DNA of 20,000 nt, from positions 48,422-68,421 of the forward strand of contig JWZX01003391.1 of assembly GCA_001275005.1 (NCBI GenBank), written 5' to 3'. The stretch comes from Chrysochromulina tobinii. Taxonomy: Eukaryota. The position numbers and the translations under genes were made by a program. Within the stretch, counting starts at the first letter, position 1, and each line of letters begins with the position of its first letter. Under the pieces are notes generated by a model. It saw only the letters and a program-made list of their open reading frames with translations. It was not told where the DNA came from and did no database searches. Positions 9,901 through 16,374 of this stretch are shown piece after piece.

Positions 9901-10636
9901 GACACCCGATGTGGAGATGCAAGTGCTGCATCAGGGCTATGAGGAGAGGCAAGAACACTCGTGGTTTGATGAGTTCCGAGAGGAGGATGAGCGCAGGGCG
10001 GTGGCAGTGGCTTCACATCAGTCAGTCGATGGGCGCTCGGGCAATGTGGCAGGTTCAACCAGCAATCATGCCGGACGTTCTATTCATGTACCCGTCGCCA
10101 GAGATCCGGGCTTTGCGCCATCATCATCATCACAGCAGGTGCCGCGGCTGAGGGACGCAGCACTAGGTGATGTTGCATGGCAAATGGCGCAAGCGGAGCT
10201 GGACGCCGCTCGTCTTCTGCACGGCCACCAGATGTGGGCGCAGAGCGTCTTTCACTCTCACCAGGCAGCCGAGCAGGTGATCAAGGCGGCAATGTTGCGA
10301 ACTTGTGGCGTGACTGGAGACGAGTTCCGAGGAACGGGAGGGCACGCTCTGGACTCCCTGCTTAGAATGACCGGACTCGTCTCACCGGTGCAGCCTGATG
10401 AACTCGCTCTGCTCTCCCAGGCATATCTCGGTGCTCGTTACCCACCGTTCCCCCCGCGTGGAGCTCCGACTGTGCCGTTGGCCATGTATGGTGCGGTTGA
10501 CGCCGAGAACGCTCTGGAGGTTGCAAAAAAGCTCATCGAATGGGGCCGTTGCACCGCACAGGTTGAGGCATCGCTTACAGCACAATGCGCCGTGCCTCAG
10601 CGAGTATGTGACGACAATGTGGTGCTGCTGTTGTGA
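998..10636 (+). CDS. Sacsin-like protein (~3212 aa): 2 sacsin repeat regions with Hsp90-like GHKL ATPase motifs, J-domain, C-terminal HEPN
   Basis: Repeat 1: YPGGQLLSEALQNAEDGGA, KRDSPSSIGAYGMG, FCFLPVG..TGLPLHINGSF..NRRDLW. Repeat 2: EDFSQQEDLAQRIEGLLRKY..VEHYQNCDDAGA, KFGRFGLGLNAMYHLSD, VVHGCFALDDSRK. Linker motifs VPTASGNLLPASQVFINDAPW and FVPCRDGHRRKPKDLTDP. J-domain YVRRLYLTWHPDK (HPD at 9785-9793). HEPN AQSVFHSHQAAEQVIKA..GGHALDSLL..LSQAYLGARYP (~10175-10545). The first in-frame ATG is 998; the ORF-track start at 896 is TTG. Confidence 0.93.
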   Translation: MTKFRLKAPIKPQLLHILEDYPGGQLLSEALQNAEDGGASEFALVLDQRTVRGISPELGGPAFVLIDNGSGFGDKAWESLQNLHQSEKRDSPSSIGAYGMGSRSYFHYSDVTLVVSCGEYVGLDPLEVVSSHERKGEQGWKVNIASPDGHVEQQIAREAQSLFTHELAELCRGFDVISCGAMFRLPLRRDEDVAREERTNTGVLGPAMPLERAESLMHGWAASAPRLLLFLTKVRRISIWRWRADAPGPDLIAAAQRQTGQAQVPFERIPHSLGEGQAASYVALRECIRNLSAEERAELSKMHADIVHIEDGAGHPGMSWLVVQRFDVETRELLAALEDGCNAVPVVGLALPLSVTDGSQIEGVPFCFLPVGSMRTGLPLHINGSFHPTPNRRDLWLPAAELDGGHEKKAKWNDVLMRHAVPRLWQDALVSLTDPAWKDARELDAIPSDLLLSLLPNLDAVHDKWLVVAQNLYKRLGDVAILPHAREPRWVKPKEALAFRTHTEDLATHTSRLIDLYKRCHPNIFDETLKLGAKFVVDLPAHVQQGSVNYSCLSETGIERVIFAVIKADHEVWRAPHVTEEAILANYSAKQLKALATHHGTQLDDGALEKREMAAQMISQSNLGRAANVLQPILMALLPYAAAHFSPTSHPDWRELLSGVKWVPTAANQLVDLASAFAPLPEIDEWGLSVVQRNRAVLECEAGGVRVAIEWGLKKHLTAADCLFEAQRVADENLMEMDDRIDWARRLIRYLSHLHAAGSVTFTRSEIIELNKIAFHPAHAPCAQVAISWADGADFPRGGLCLRAAESLFAERDAPIVWACAAYAPTGVIAPVFNYSAVSPLVLTGQIQRIASLDPTGSHIEALAEHLLKAVRELSSLLPRSTANRDPSVDALLAQLSEMIWVPAMSAESGSRLRLFQPNRVAAKMTRSLWPRFGRLPDSWGREPNVWQVLEQVGAGHRISVDMLARELASIAADHPVRKVSAVVAQRNETRLAELQAELKEAVEAEDYAKAAELKPQIKELKATIDAATEAAVGGLSEDSLELSINLASELAELGSNRVGLGVEVHVPTASGNLLPASQVFINDAPWHAQDTDTHELLNARISPSHGRVLGCSSVREQLARQCEDMGIEGEDFSQQEDLAQRIEGLLRKYDDEKDIFVEHYQNCDDAGADEVFFLLDQQSYGTDRLLTPESAALQGPSLILASSKPLTRDDLNRIKQLGSSKKRADFCKFGRFGLGLNAMYHLSDTIQIFARDLSLVILDPLDRIKIGNGGKAFTPHGLANRFPDMLAGFQNFPDGYPTIFRLPLRNAPSDFGQKWNAHNTYQLLKRFAGTQVQELLLFAKSVGKVTCGVRDTVGHITVLSEVARELQASRFMSRLPSTLDDVKALERTPDEGLERVKIERRTGSGLAVEEMHWLIAHSLSVDATGIQLIVDAFTRKTKPTALLPHGAVALRLNAAPEYTGNVSAYLPIGMALGSPLVVHGCFALDDSRKQIPLPDGKDRIDGQNDRKWNLTLLNGPCMRSYVTIVVECCKLVDRKQMSVDAYFGILGLDSESAEAAASGAVRAALRAAVWSTLCASSIKFMPVVSPADKSAIAWKANAPDTVLRTQGLDELLQDELIHDGLMLVELDDRLRTYLDDVQHAGSAQPLTPRGLCVFLSAEQRRRSPELLRSLSSIKRAIDLLHFVLPAQLSAQEAPIAPPVCIDFLVGTPLLLLQDESIAEFGDGTVRFWNDAAPLLPHAPHLLLHENVSVALRTISRSVECVKTACASLGIRNLVSADLLEEHAVIHGQKLNENDKWLVAFWALLASEISQKINTRLLDKFSDWRVLRVAPLANEEGPQHVPLDSMGNTFRLDSIDTQWHSDVMEWLRAMRVRVPIFANYPMQLPAGDEHLANVLKHGLEHLTAKMREAVLKYFASRRQNSSHVLATIRRMPLFLKACPTSSEGTRVTASSDDRGEKDRFVSIDRPDVSYYTLFDVKEQKHKHAGNLAALGLIDCCFLSLPPTGEVRDFYYKCFGIENLSTLDFVTTILPSKLSDLLASEAMSAALIHEFCSWITEEDDTMSKRVIDALVDICFVPCRDGHRRKPKDLTDPTLAVAIQFEDVLGSVLPTREVAQRYLKALQKLGMRDHLKPDSLFACAQHLESSVRRSMPLTDTAPLADSHIWQSFHLVEALAKNIRHSLNRSDEKKRHIPARVNDAMRMQIFLADGPPSRELLLEHVALLANDKERPAQAMRIISCANSLLTSKGALPWACMPVLAQARVFAQYPRKIDKIGEISELDQLAEKHKELVESKFGIFSSPPDTAMIQHLEWLASAINQEPMRGRFYHYKQTRTIGLDDIPNVLHVSESNLFSEVMSILDALNRKLEAVRAYRVSVEAPQLQVNAQKLQAISRIPCIPLLPSDSLHTQSSDAERPSVWNQVVNMVEPAKLFWTLPEGTECQEQFSAATHYTLSYKRPLLTQLGVRQAPAIEDWAQATRETYERVLQEEDQIMLPSDVALIEAAVKGIHDCEMKSSMGNAPQANVQSDTTPLEIFLIDDAEGDQKRIHASSSMVWADEPKLKRRCGPSMRARGWHFVSAELTRGKAGCTLASRTKMHMLSDLVVETIASATVEVALDDVNDFDRRLGILLRSEEFAYACVLLSSHGEQEYPRVRQKLSNLIIKWATELHSVVKMKEDHAEIEESGRLIDTFIQDGVLWLRVGKLGGEGSDSFLRDIASSIMTIVTLGHLKGLVDLISKCWNGGPTEVQNCLEELNVREMTHSLNFEVGQLVPENMMRFCDQSLYSRFIFCEIVAIDSFESEWASNAQSGPRMTYAEYRGIVEDSGSGGQLARKYYLWEGGMAEDGRETLEVRPHVQVYKISRRRAQPPQLPHLQHDISDATQLQRSLAGVPTTATEAAATDDFSDLFDTLHQMLTMEKVAQRAYVRRLYLTWHPDKCEKPHAPRVFEYVRRFANLAQAGKEDELRAFVTSLTPDVEMQVLHQGYEERQEHSWFDEFREEDERRAVAVASHQSVDGRSGNVAGSTSNHAGRSIHVPVARDPGFAPSSSSQQVPRLRDAALGDVAWQMAQAELDAARLLHGHQMWAQSVFHSHQAAEQVIKAAMLRTCGVTGDEFRGTGGHALDSLLRMTGLVSPVQPDELALLSQAYLGARYPPFPPRGAPTVPLAMYGAVDAENALEVAKKLIEWGRCTAQVEASLTAQCAVPQRVCDDNVVLLL

Positions 10637-11130
10637 GCCCGGCGATCGGTACACCCGCATGTACTAAGAACTAAGCGTAGTGCGATTGTGGAGAAATTGG
10701 TGTGCATGCATGGCTGCTGAAAACGCTGTAAATCGATGTCATTGAATCGGCCAAAAAGCAAAATTGAACGCCGCCCTCGAGGACATGCCGGGAGGTACTG
10801 CGGCCACCCGGCCGGTCCCGACCGGGCTCGGCGAATTCCTCCGACCGGTGGGTTCTGAAGCGCGATAGCGCTAGATTGGTTCGGTTGTCTTCAGGGGCTT
10901 CAACAACAACGTTAAGGGCGGCAGACGCAACAGCTCGACGTGAGCATGGACGTGAGCTAGTGCTAGATGCGCCGGCGGGCGGGGGGGTTAGAGGATTCAA
11001 ACCAATGACCGCACGACACCGCTCGACCGCCTTTACCGCCGTCTCTCGGCGCCTCACACCACAGGGACTCAGAGCTCGGCCCCACAAGACCAGCTCTCGG
11101 GGCTGAAGACTGACGGGCCTGTAGAGCCGG

Positions 11131-11167
11131 CTGAACACTGAACGGCTGAACGCTGAACGCTGAACGC
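11131..11167 (+). repeat. Five tandem CTGAAC(G) units, with an inverted partial copy at 11258-11271
   Basis: ctgaaca ctgaacgg ctgaacg ctgaacg ctgaacg. gcttcagcgttcac (11258-11271) is close to its reverse complement. Confidence 0.8.
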
Positions 11168-11278
11168 TTCTAGCGGTGAAACGCAATATAATCTGCATTT
11201 CGACCGGGTGCTCTCAATGCCAGCTTGGTAGAGAGAGTGGGCGGCGTACCGCGTTAAGCTTCAGCGTTCACGGTCTGT

Positions 11279-11317
11279 CGAGGTGTGAACGTGAATGTAT
11301 TTCACGTTCGCACCTCG
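11279..11317. promoter_or_regulatory. 17-bp inverted repeat immediately upstream of Cdt1
   Basis: CGAGGTGTGAACGTGAA-tgtat-TTCACGTTCGCACCTCG. The single mismatch would be a U.G pair in plus-strand RNA. The structure is directly visible; a regulatory role is inferred. Confidence 0.45.
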
Positions 11318-11343
11318 CGCCATTTTCAATGTTGCCCACCGCC

Positions 11344-12828
11344 ATGGCCGCTGCCGACAGGAAGCGCAAGGCCGCTGCCGCCGACGACGACGACGCGCCG
11401 GCGCCGGCTGCAAAGTGCCCCGCGCTCGTCGGTCGGCGCCCCGCGCTCGTCAATCGGCCTGCAATCGCCCCACATCCGAATCCGAGTGGCAAGACCGCAG
11501 GTCCGCGCATGCACGGAGGCTCCGCGCGTGGTCGGCTCATGCTCTCCAGCATTGGAGCGGTCGCACCTCCGACGAGCGTGGCGCCAGCGCCGATGTCAGC
11601 GGTTAGGCAGATCACCGGGGCCACCTCTGGCATCTCCGCCGCCGGTTCATCCGCGGCGCCACCCGCAGCGCCATCACGTGCGACGCCATCCAAGCCACTG
11701 CCAGAAAGGTGTCAGCGCGTGCTCGACACCTTCATCGCAATCGAATCGGCGCTTCCGCTGCTACGCAAGCGCGACGTGCCGCCGCTCTACGGGATGCTCC
11801 GCAAGCCTGTCGAGGACCTGACGGGGTTCGAATTCCCGCCGGAGCTGCTCGCAGGCCTCGTTCATGCGTGCCCGACCGCCTTCCGCGTGAGCGCTCGCGA
11901 CGTCGCGCTGACCGAAGAGCGGCTGCGCTTGAGCGCGACGCCCCGCCAAAAGGTCGACTGGCTCATCGAGCAGACCGCCGCACCCACCGCGCCACCGCCC
12001 GTTCCTTCAGCCGACGGCCACGCCAAGGGCGATCCTGAGGCCATGGCGGGAGATGATGCCCCCACGCTCCTCCCCATGGCGCCGCCGCTGGCCCCGCCAA
12101 AGGCAGCGGCGCCGATGCCGTCGCGTGTGCAGGTCGCCCAGTGGCGCCAGGCGCAGCGGGCGGAGCTCGTCGCCGTCCTCGAGGCGCACTCCGCCCAGCA
12201 TGGCGACGCGCCGCTGCCATTGGCTGCGCTGCCTCCACTCGAGACTCCGAAGACGAAGGCGGAGGCCAAGGCCAAGGCGGAGGCGGAGGGCTGGGCGCGT
12301 GCCGAGACGGCCGGCCCCGAGCGAGGCGTGCTCCCTGCGGGCGCGGTAGCGGGGGCGGCGGCGGGCGCGCCGGCGGGCGGCGCGGGCGCGGGCCCGACAG
12401 CGCCTGACGCGCCGATGCCGCTGGCGGTGCCCGTCGGGTGTGAAGGGCTGCCGGCGGAACTGCTGCGCAGAGTGATGCAGCGACAGGCGGAGGCGCGCGT
12501 GCTCGTCGAGACGCAGCCCAAGCTGCAGCGTGCCGCTCTCCTCAAGCGGCTACCCGAAATGGCCATGGCGACGCGCGAGTGCATGTTCGAGGCACGCCGC
12601 CGGCTGATGCCGCAGCCGGATCTGGTGCGTCGCCTGCTGCAGAACGCCAAGTGGATCTCGAGCACCGCCGAGCTCGAGGCGCAGCTGCAGCTGCTCACGG
12701 AGATCGTGCCCCAGTGGATCAGCCTCGTGCGTCTCGGCGACGATGAGGATCTGACCGTGAGGCTGGACGAGGACGTCAGCTTCAGCGAGGTGCAGCAGGC
12801 CATCAAGGCAGCGCGCACTTCCGTTTGA
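11344..12828 (+). CDS. CDT1: DNA replication licensing factor Cdt1
   Basis: Middle winged-helix-like block LPERCQRVLDTFIAIESALPLLRKRDVPPLYGMLRKPVEDLTGFEFPPELLAGLVHACPTAF and C-terminal block GLPAELLRRVMQRQ...LLKRLPEMA...ELEAQLQLLTEIVPQWISLV...VRLD resemble the Cdt1 middle and MCM-binding domains, after a basic, disordered N-terminus. ATG 11344 has a strong Kozak-like context (ACCGCCATGG); an alternative ATG lies at 11329. Confidence 0.88.
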   Translation: MAAADRKRKAAAADDDDAPAPAAKCPALVGRRPALVNRPAIAPHPNPSGKTAGPRMHGGSARGRLMLSSIGAVAPPTSVAPAPMSAVRQITGATSGISAAGSSAAPPAAPSRATPSKPLPERCQRVLDTFIAIESALPLLRKRDVPPLYGMLRKPVEDLTGFEFPPELLAGLVHACPTAFRVSARDVALTEERLRLSATPRQKVDWLIEQTAAPTAPPPVPSADGHAKGDPEAMAGDDAPTLLPMAPPLAPPKAAAPMPSRVQVAQWRQAQRAELVAVLEAHSAQHGDAPLPLAALPPLETPKTKAEAKAKAEAEGWARAETAGPERGVLPAGAVAGAAAGAPAGGAGAGPTAPDAPMPLAVPVGCEGLPAELLRRVMQRQAEARVLVETQPKLQRAALLKRLPEMAMATRECMFEARRRLMPQPDLVRRLLQNAKWISSTAELEAQLQLLTEIVPQWISLVRLGDDEDLTVRLDEDVSFSEVQQAIKAARTSV

Positions 12829-12973
12829 GTGTCCGTTTCTAAGGAGCTTCCCGTCTCGACTGTGACCGAAATTCCCATTTAGGCATCCAACCGAAAACGG
12901 TCCCTCAGTCTTTTCGCGCAACTTGCCAAAACCCGCACGAAGGCTCACGCGCTGACCGCCGACGACGAGTCTC

Positions 12974-13885
12974 ATGCCCACACCCGCGCAGCTCGAAATC
13001 GCCCTGAACGCGGAGCTCATGATTGATTACGAGTGCTTCGCACCGATCACCCCTGGGCGCCCGCCATCTCCGTGGGAGCTCGACGATGCGAGCGAAAAGG
13101 AGAGCTCCACGCCATCGATGTCCGAGACCGACACAGTGATCGGTGACAAGGAGGACACGTTCATGCCGGCGCCGCCGCCGCCACGCGAGAGCGTGAGCGT
13201 GCCCGCATCGTTTCCGCGTCGGAACTTCCGACTCGCGAGCGCGCGGCCTGCCAACTCGCTTCCGACCTCGCTCGATGGCTCACGCAATGGCTCGCTCACG
13301 GCCTCTGCACTGCCCTCGCGCAACGGCTCACCCGCGTGGCGCCGGCCAACGTCGGTATGGGGCCGGATGAATTCTGGGCGCACTGAGCAGCCAAAGCTGT
13401 ACACCGGTCGCGAGGCATATGGCGCGAAAGAGGAGCGGATGACGACGTACCTCGGACAGTACGGCCACCTGCACTACGACGTACGCGTGAGCAAGACGGG
13501 TTCGCCACGCGGCCGAACCAGGTGCACGCCGAGTTTCAATCTCACGGCGCCCCACTCTGCCCGCGAGAAGGCGTACGAGGGCAAGGAGCATATGAAGGCG
13601 GGTCAATATGGCCCCGGCATGTACGACATCCGCTGCTTTAAGACTGGCTCGCCCACGGGCAAGGCCAAGGGCACACCGCGCTTTGGCAACGGCGCACGGT
13701 TCGACCGCGAAAAGTGCTATGAGGGGCGGTGGCTCGACAACAACTTCGGCAAGGAGGGTGCCTCGGGCCTCAATCCGCCCATGTGCTCGAACCGGGGCTC
13801 GCCGCTGTGGAAGGGGTACCGGCCGAGCGCGGCCTTCGCCCAGCCCCATGTGCCACGCGTGCGGCCGCACGAGCGGGTCGCTTAG
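12974..13885 (+). CDS. Repeat protein resembling SHIPPO/ODF3 (PG-rich repeat) axonemal proteins, 303 aa
   Basis: The C-terminal half has imperfect ~45-55 aa repeats (KxYxG..GQYG(PG)xYD.R..KTGSP....PxF), e.g. GQYGPGMYDIRCFKTGSP..TPRFGNGARFD. ATG start and GC3-rich codons. Confidence 0.55.
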   Translation: MPTPAQLEIALNAELMIDYECFAPITPGRPPSPWELDDASEKESSTPSMSETDTVIGDKEDTFMPAPPPPRESVSVPASFPRRNFRLASARPANSLPTSLDGSRNGSLTASALPSRNGSPAWRRPTSVWGRMNSGRTEQPKLYTGREAYGAKEERMTTYLGQYGHLHYDVRVSKTGSPRGRTRCTPSFNLTAPHSAREKAYEGKEHMKAGQYGPGMYDIRCFKTGSPTGKAKGTPRFGNGARFDREKCYEGRWLDNNFGKEGASGLNPPMCSNRGSPLWKGYRPSAAFAQPHVPRVRPHERVA

Positions 13886-14122
13886 GCACGCTGAGTAAGG
13901 ACGCCGAACACATGCATGCACATGTGTGCAGCACTGCTCCATTGCTGGTATTGATAGATAAGTAGTGATGTCTGGTGTGGATTTGTGATCGAGTGAGTCG
14001 ATGAGCTGGGTTTTCGCTTAGGATGGTGTGTGTGTCTGCTGTCGATCTTACTATTGAGTGCGTGAAGAATTCATTAGAAACACTCCTGCACACCAACGCA
14101 ACCTATGCGTTCACTCCACGTG

Positions 14123-14179
14123 CGTGTAAGGGGGTTAAAAGACACTGGAGGGAGCCGGGACACACACGTGTAAGGGGGT
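14123..14179 (-). mobile_element. ~31-bp truncated retroelement insertion with 13-bp target-site duplication
   Basis: CGTGTAAGGGGGT (14123-14135) and CGTGTAAGGGGGT (14167-14179) flank TAAAAGACACTGGAGGGAGCCGGGACACACA (14136-14166), which matches 682-713. Confidence 0.7.
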
Positions 14180-14260
14180 AGGTCATCGACTTCTTAGAAA
14201 GAAGCCATACCTACCAGACCCACCCCCCAGCGTGTGGTTTCGCTCCTGGTGGAGACTTTG

Positions 14261-15337
14261 ATGCTCCGCGCCGCCGAGAGTCCTTGGTGGATCGTGCTCG
14301 CTGGCGACTCGACTCAGCGCCAGCTCTATGAGGCTCTCGCCCATCCTCTCCAACATCTCCTGGGAGTCAAGCGATACGCCCTTCGCCAACTTGGTGTGCC
14401 GACGCTCGCCGGCGCTCCAGTCTTTGACAATGATCACCACAAGGATATGGACACGCTGGTCGGGGAGAAGCTCACGGTCTCCCTTCGCTTCCTGCGAGGT
14501 CTCGATCTGGCCAAACTTGAGCTGCACGCGCGCGACTGGAGGCAACGGTACTTTTATCCCGACATGGCAAACGGCTGGGAAACGCCTCTCAAGCTCCTGC
14601 CGCTGACGATGCGTACAGTGCTTGAGGCGGACCCCTTTGACGAGCGGATGGCAGCTTCCCGCACGCCGGATGTGATTATCTTGCACTCCTGCGTGTGGGA
14701 TACGCCCATGGTCAACCGCTCGCGCTCGCATAACCCCCAAATGGACAGCGGCCGTACTTGTCCCTCATTGGTCCCTCAATGGGCTCAAGTCCGCACGAGG
14801 AACAGGACGTATGTCGCCATGCTGGGCAGACGCGACGGACTCAGTGCGGCCGAGCAACAGCTGGCCATGCCGCTGGTGCCAGCGCGCGTGGCGGCCTCGC
14901 CGTGCGTGCAACGAGCTAGCACTGCTACGCTGGACGACCAGATCTACGCTGACTTCGGCGACAGATTGCATGCGGCGGTGGACTTGATTCGGAGCCAAAG
15001 CAACACGAGCCGGCTGATCTTGCGCACCTGCTGCCCAGGCACGAATACAGGCACCAGCGTCGAGGCGCAGAAGGAGCTGCAGCTTCAACGCATGAACGAG
15101 ATCATCGAACAGGTCGCTCGATCTCAACGCGTAGAGTTGCTGGACATCTTCCATCTCGAGCAGTGGGCCTCGAAAGCAGCCGGGGGGGCGTCCAACAATA
15201 AAACCAATGGCGCCGACAAGTTCCACATGCCATCGAGCATGCTCGAAGAAGCAGCCGCGGCCGCGGCGTACCAGCTGGTCTACGGTGGTGGTCACCCAGC
15301 GAAGAATGAGCTCCGCGCGGGGAACCACACTGCGTAG
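14261..15337 (+). CDS. SGNH-fold / PC-esterase-like acyl-esterase or acyltransferase
   Basis: WIVLAGDSTQRQLY (GDS nucleophile), PDVIILHSCVWD, LILRT, RMNEIIEQVA..VELLDIF and ADKFH (DxxH). The first ATG is at 14261, with an in-frame stop at 14195-14197; the N-terminus may be incomplete. Confidence 0.75.
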   Translation: MLRAAESPWWIVLAGDSTQRQLYEALAHPLQHLLGVKRYALRQLGVPTLAGAPVFDNDHHKDMDTLVGEKLTVSLRFLRGLDLAKLELHARDWRQRYFYPDMANGWETPLKLLPLTMRTVLEADPFDERMAASRTPDVIILHSCVWDTPMVNRSRSHNPQMDSGRTCPSLVPQWAQVRTRNRTYVAMLGRRDGLSAAEQQLAMPLVPARVAASPCVQRASTATLDDQIYADFGDRLHAAVDLIRSQSNTSRLILRTCCPGTNTGTSVEAQKELQLQRMNEIIEQVARSQRVELLDIFHLEQWASKAAGGASNNKTNGADKFHMPSSMLEEAAAAAAYQLVYGGGHPAKNELRAGNHTA

Positions 15338-15419
15338 TAAATCAAATCAAGCCGTCTGAGCGAGTCTTTAGCGCAAGTTTATTCACACCCGGGTGCGCGG
15401 TGTGAAGAGTTTTCCGGCA

Positions 15420-16307
15420 ATGCGACGGGGACACAGCGAGTACAGTCATCCTTCTGGCTGGCACTTTGAGGCGTCCACGCTGCCCATCAGCGGCGCGCCG
15501 CAGCTGCTCGCGCTCGCGCGAGGCCTCGCCGACCCGTACGCTCCTGGTGAGGCAGCGGTGCATCCGTTCTGCGTCCACGGCGCCACTCGGTCCCTCAAGC
15601 CGTGCGTGTGCGGGTCGGCGCTCGTCATGGGCGTCAAGATGCACCTCCCCGAGGCCACGTTTGGCGCCAATAAGCTCATGCTCACCCACGAGCCCTCGGG
15701 ATTCGTGCTTTCCTTCACGGCGGAGGGCGCCCTGCGAGCGTGGGCACGCGACTCGGTGCTCAGCGATCGCGAGCTTCACATACGCGTCGCGCCCGCGGAG
15801 AAAGCCGTGTGGCGCTCGCGCGTCGCTGCGGCGCAGGAGCGCACCTCGCAGGCCGTCGACTGGACGTTTTGCAGTGGCGAGTACGGCGGCGATGACCACG
15901 GCAGCGGCGGCGGTGGCGGCGGCAGCGGCGGCGGCGTGGGTGGTGCCGGCGCGGCGACGGCACTGCCGGGGTTGCCCAAGCCGGCGCTCTCCGCAGGCGC
16001 GACTGCACGCAGTGGCGCGGCCGGCGGTGGCGCTACCTCGATGAGGGGCGCGGCCGCGTCGAGCCCTTCGGGCGCTCGAGGCCCAGCGGTGGTGTGGCGT
16101 GAGCACGAGGGGAGCGGTCTCGACATGGACTTGCTCCGCCGACGCGACGAGATCGTTTGGGCCGCGGAGGTGCCTTTGTATGAGGACCACCTGCACGATC
16201 AGGGCGTCAGCACGCTCATCGCGCGCATCCGCGTCATGCCGCAATGCTTCCTCGTGCTGCTACGCCACACGCTCCGTGTCGACGGTCGGCTGATGCAGCA
16301 GCGCGAA
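15420..16307 (+). CDS. TIP41: Exon 1 of TIP41/TIPRL-domain - WD40 fusion protein (TIP41 domain)
   Basis: GWHFEASTLPI, LPEATFGANKLMLTH..GFVLSFTAEGAL, VDWTF, LDMDLLRRRDEIVWAAEVPLYEDHLHDQGVSTLIARIRVMPQCFLVLLRHTLRVDG match conserved TIP41 blocks (LPEMxFGxN, DWTY, LFEDELHDxG, KIRVMP, FLRxDG). A Gly/Ala-rich insert lies at ~15885-16085. Confidence 0.9.
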
Positions 16308-16374
16308 GTACGTGTCTTCCACAGGATCGGTACAGGCATGCAAGTGCTCACTACGGCGCCCCCCCTCCCCACAG
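16308..16374 (+). other. 67-nt phase-0 GT-AG intron
   Basis: Donor GAA|GTACGT, branch-like GCTCAC, pyrimidine tract CCCCCCCTCCCC, acceptor ACAG|G. Removal joins the TIP41 frame to the 16312 ORF frame and gives QQRE-VRVFHRFGTGVVIRQH, completing the TIP41 C-terminal strands. Confidence 0.8.

Noticed and set aside
10785..10845. HDV-like ribozyme (GGAGG ... GGCGAATTCCTCC)
   Set aside because: A P2-like pairing exists, but I could not build P3/L3 or P1.
11095..11210. Hammerhead ribozyme (CTGAAGA at 11103 ... GAAAC at 11178)
   Set aside because: Stem III and the NUH cleavage site do not pair correctly, and there is no convincing stem II.
12912..12919. Canonical E2F site TTTCGCGC
   Set aside because: It lies downstream of Cdt1 and upstream of an unrelated gene; a single 8-mer is not enough to call.
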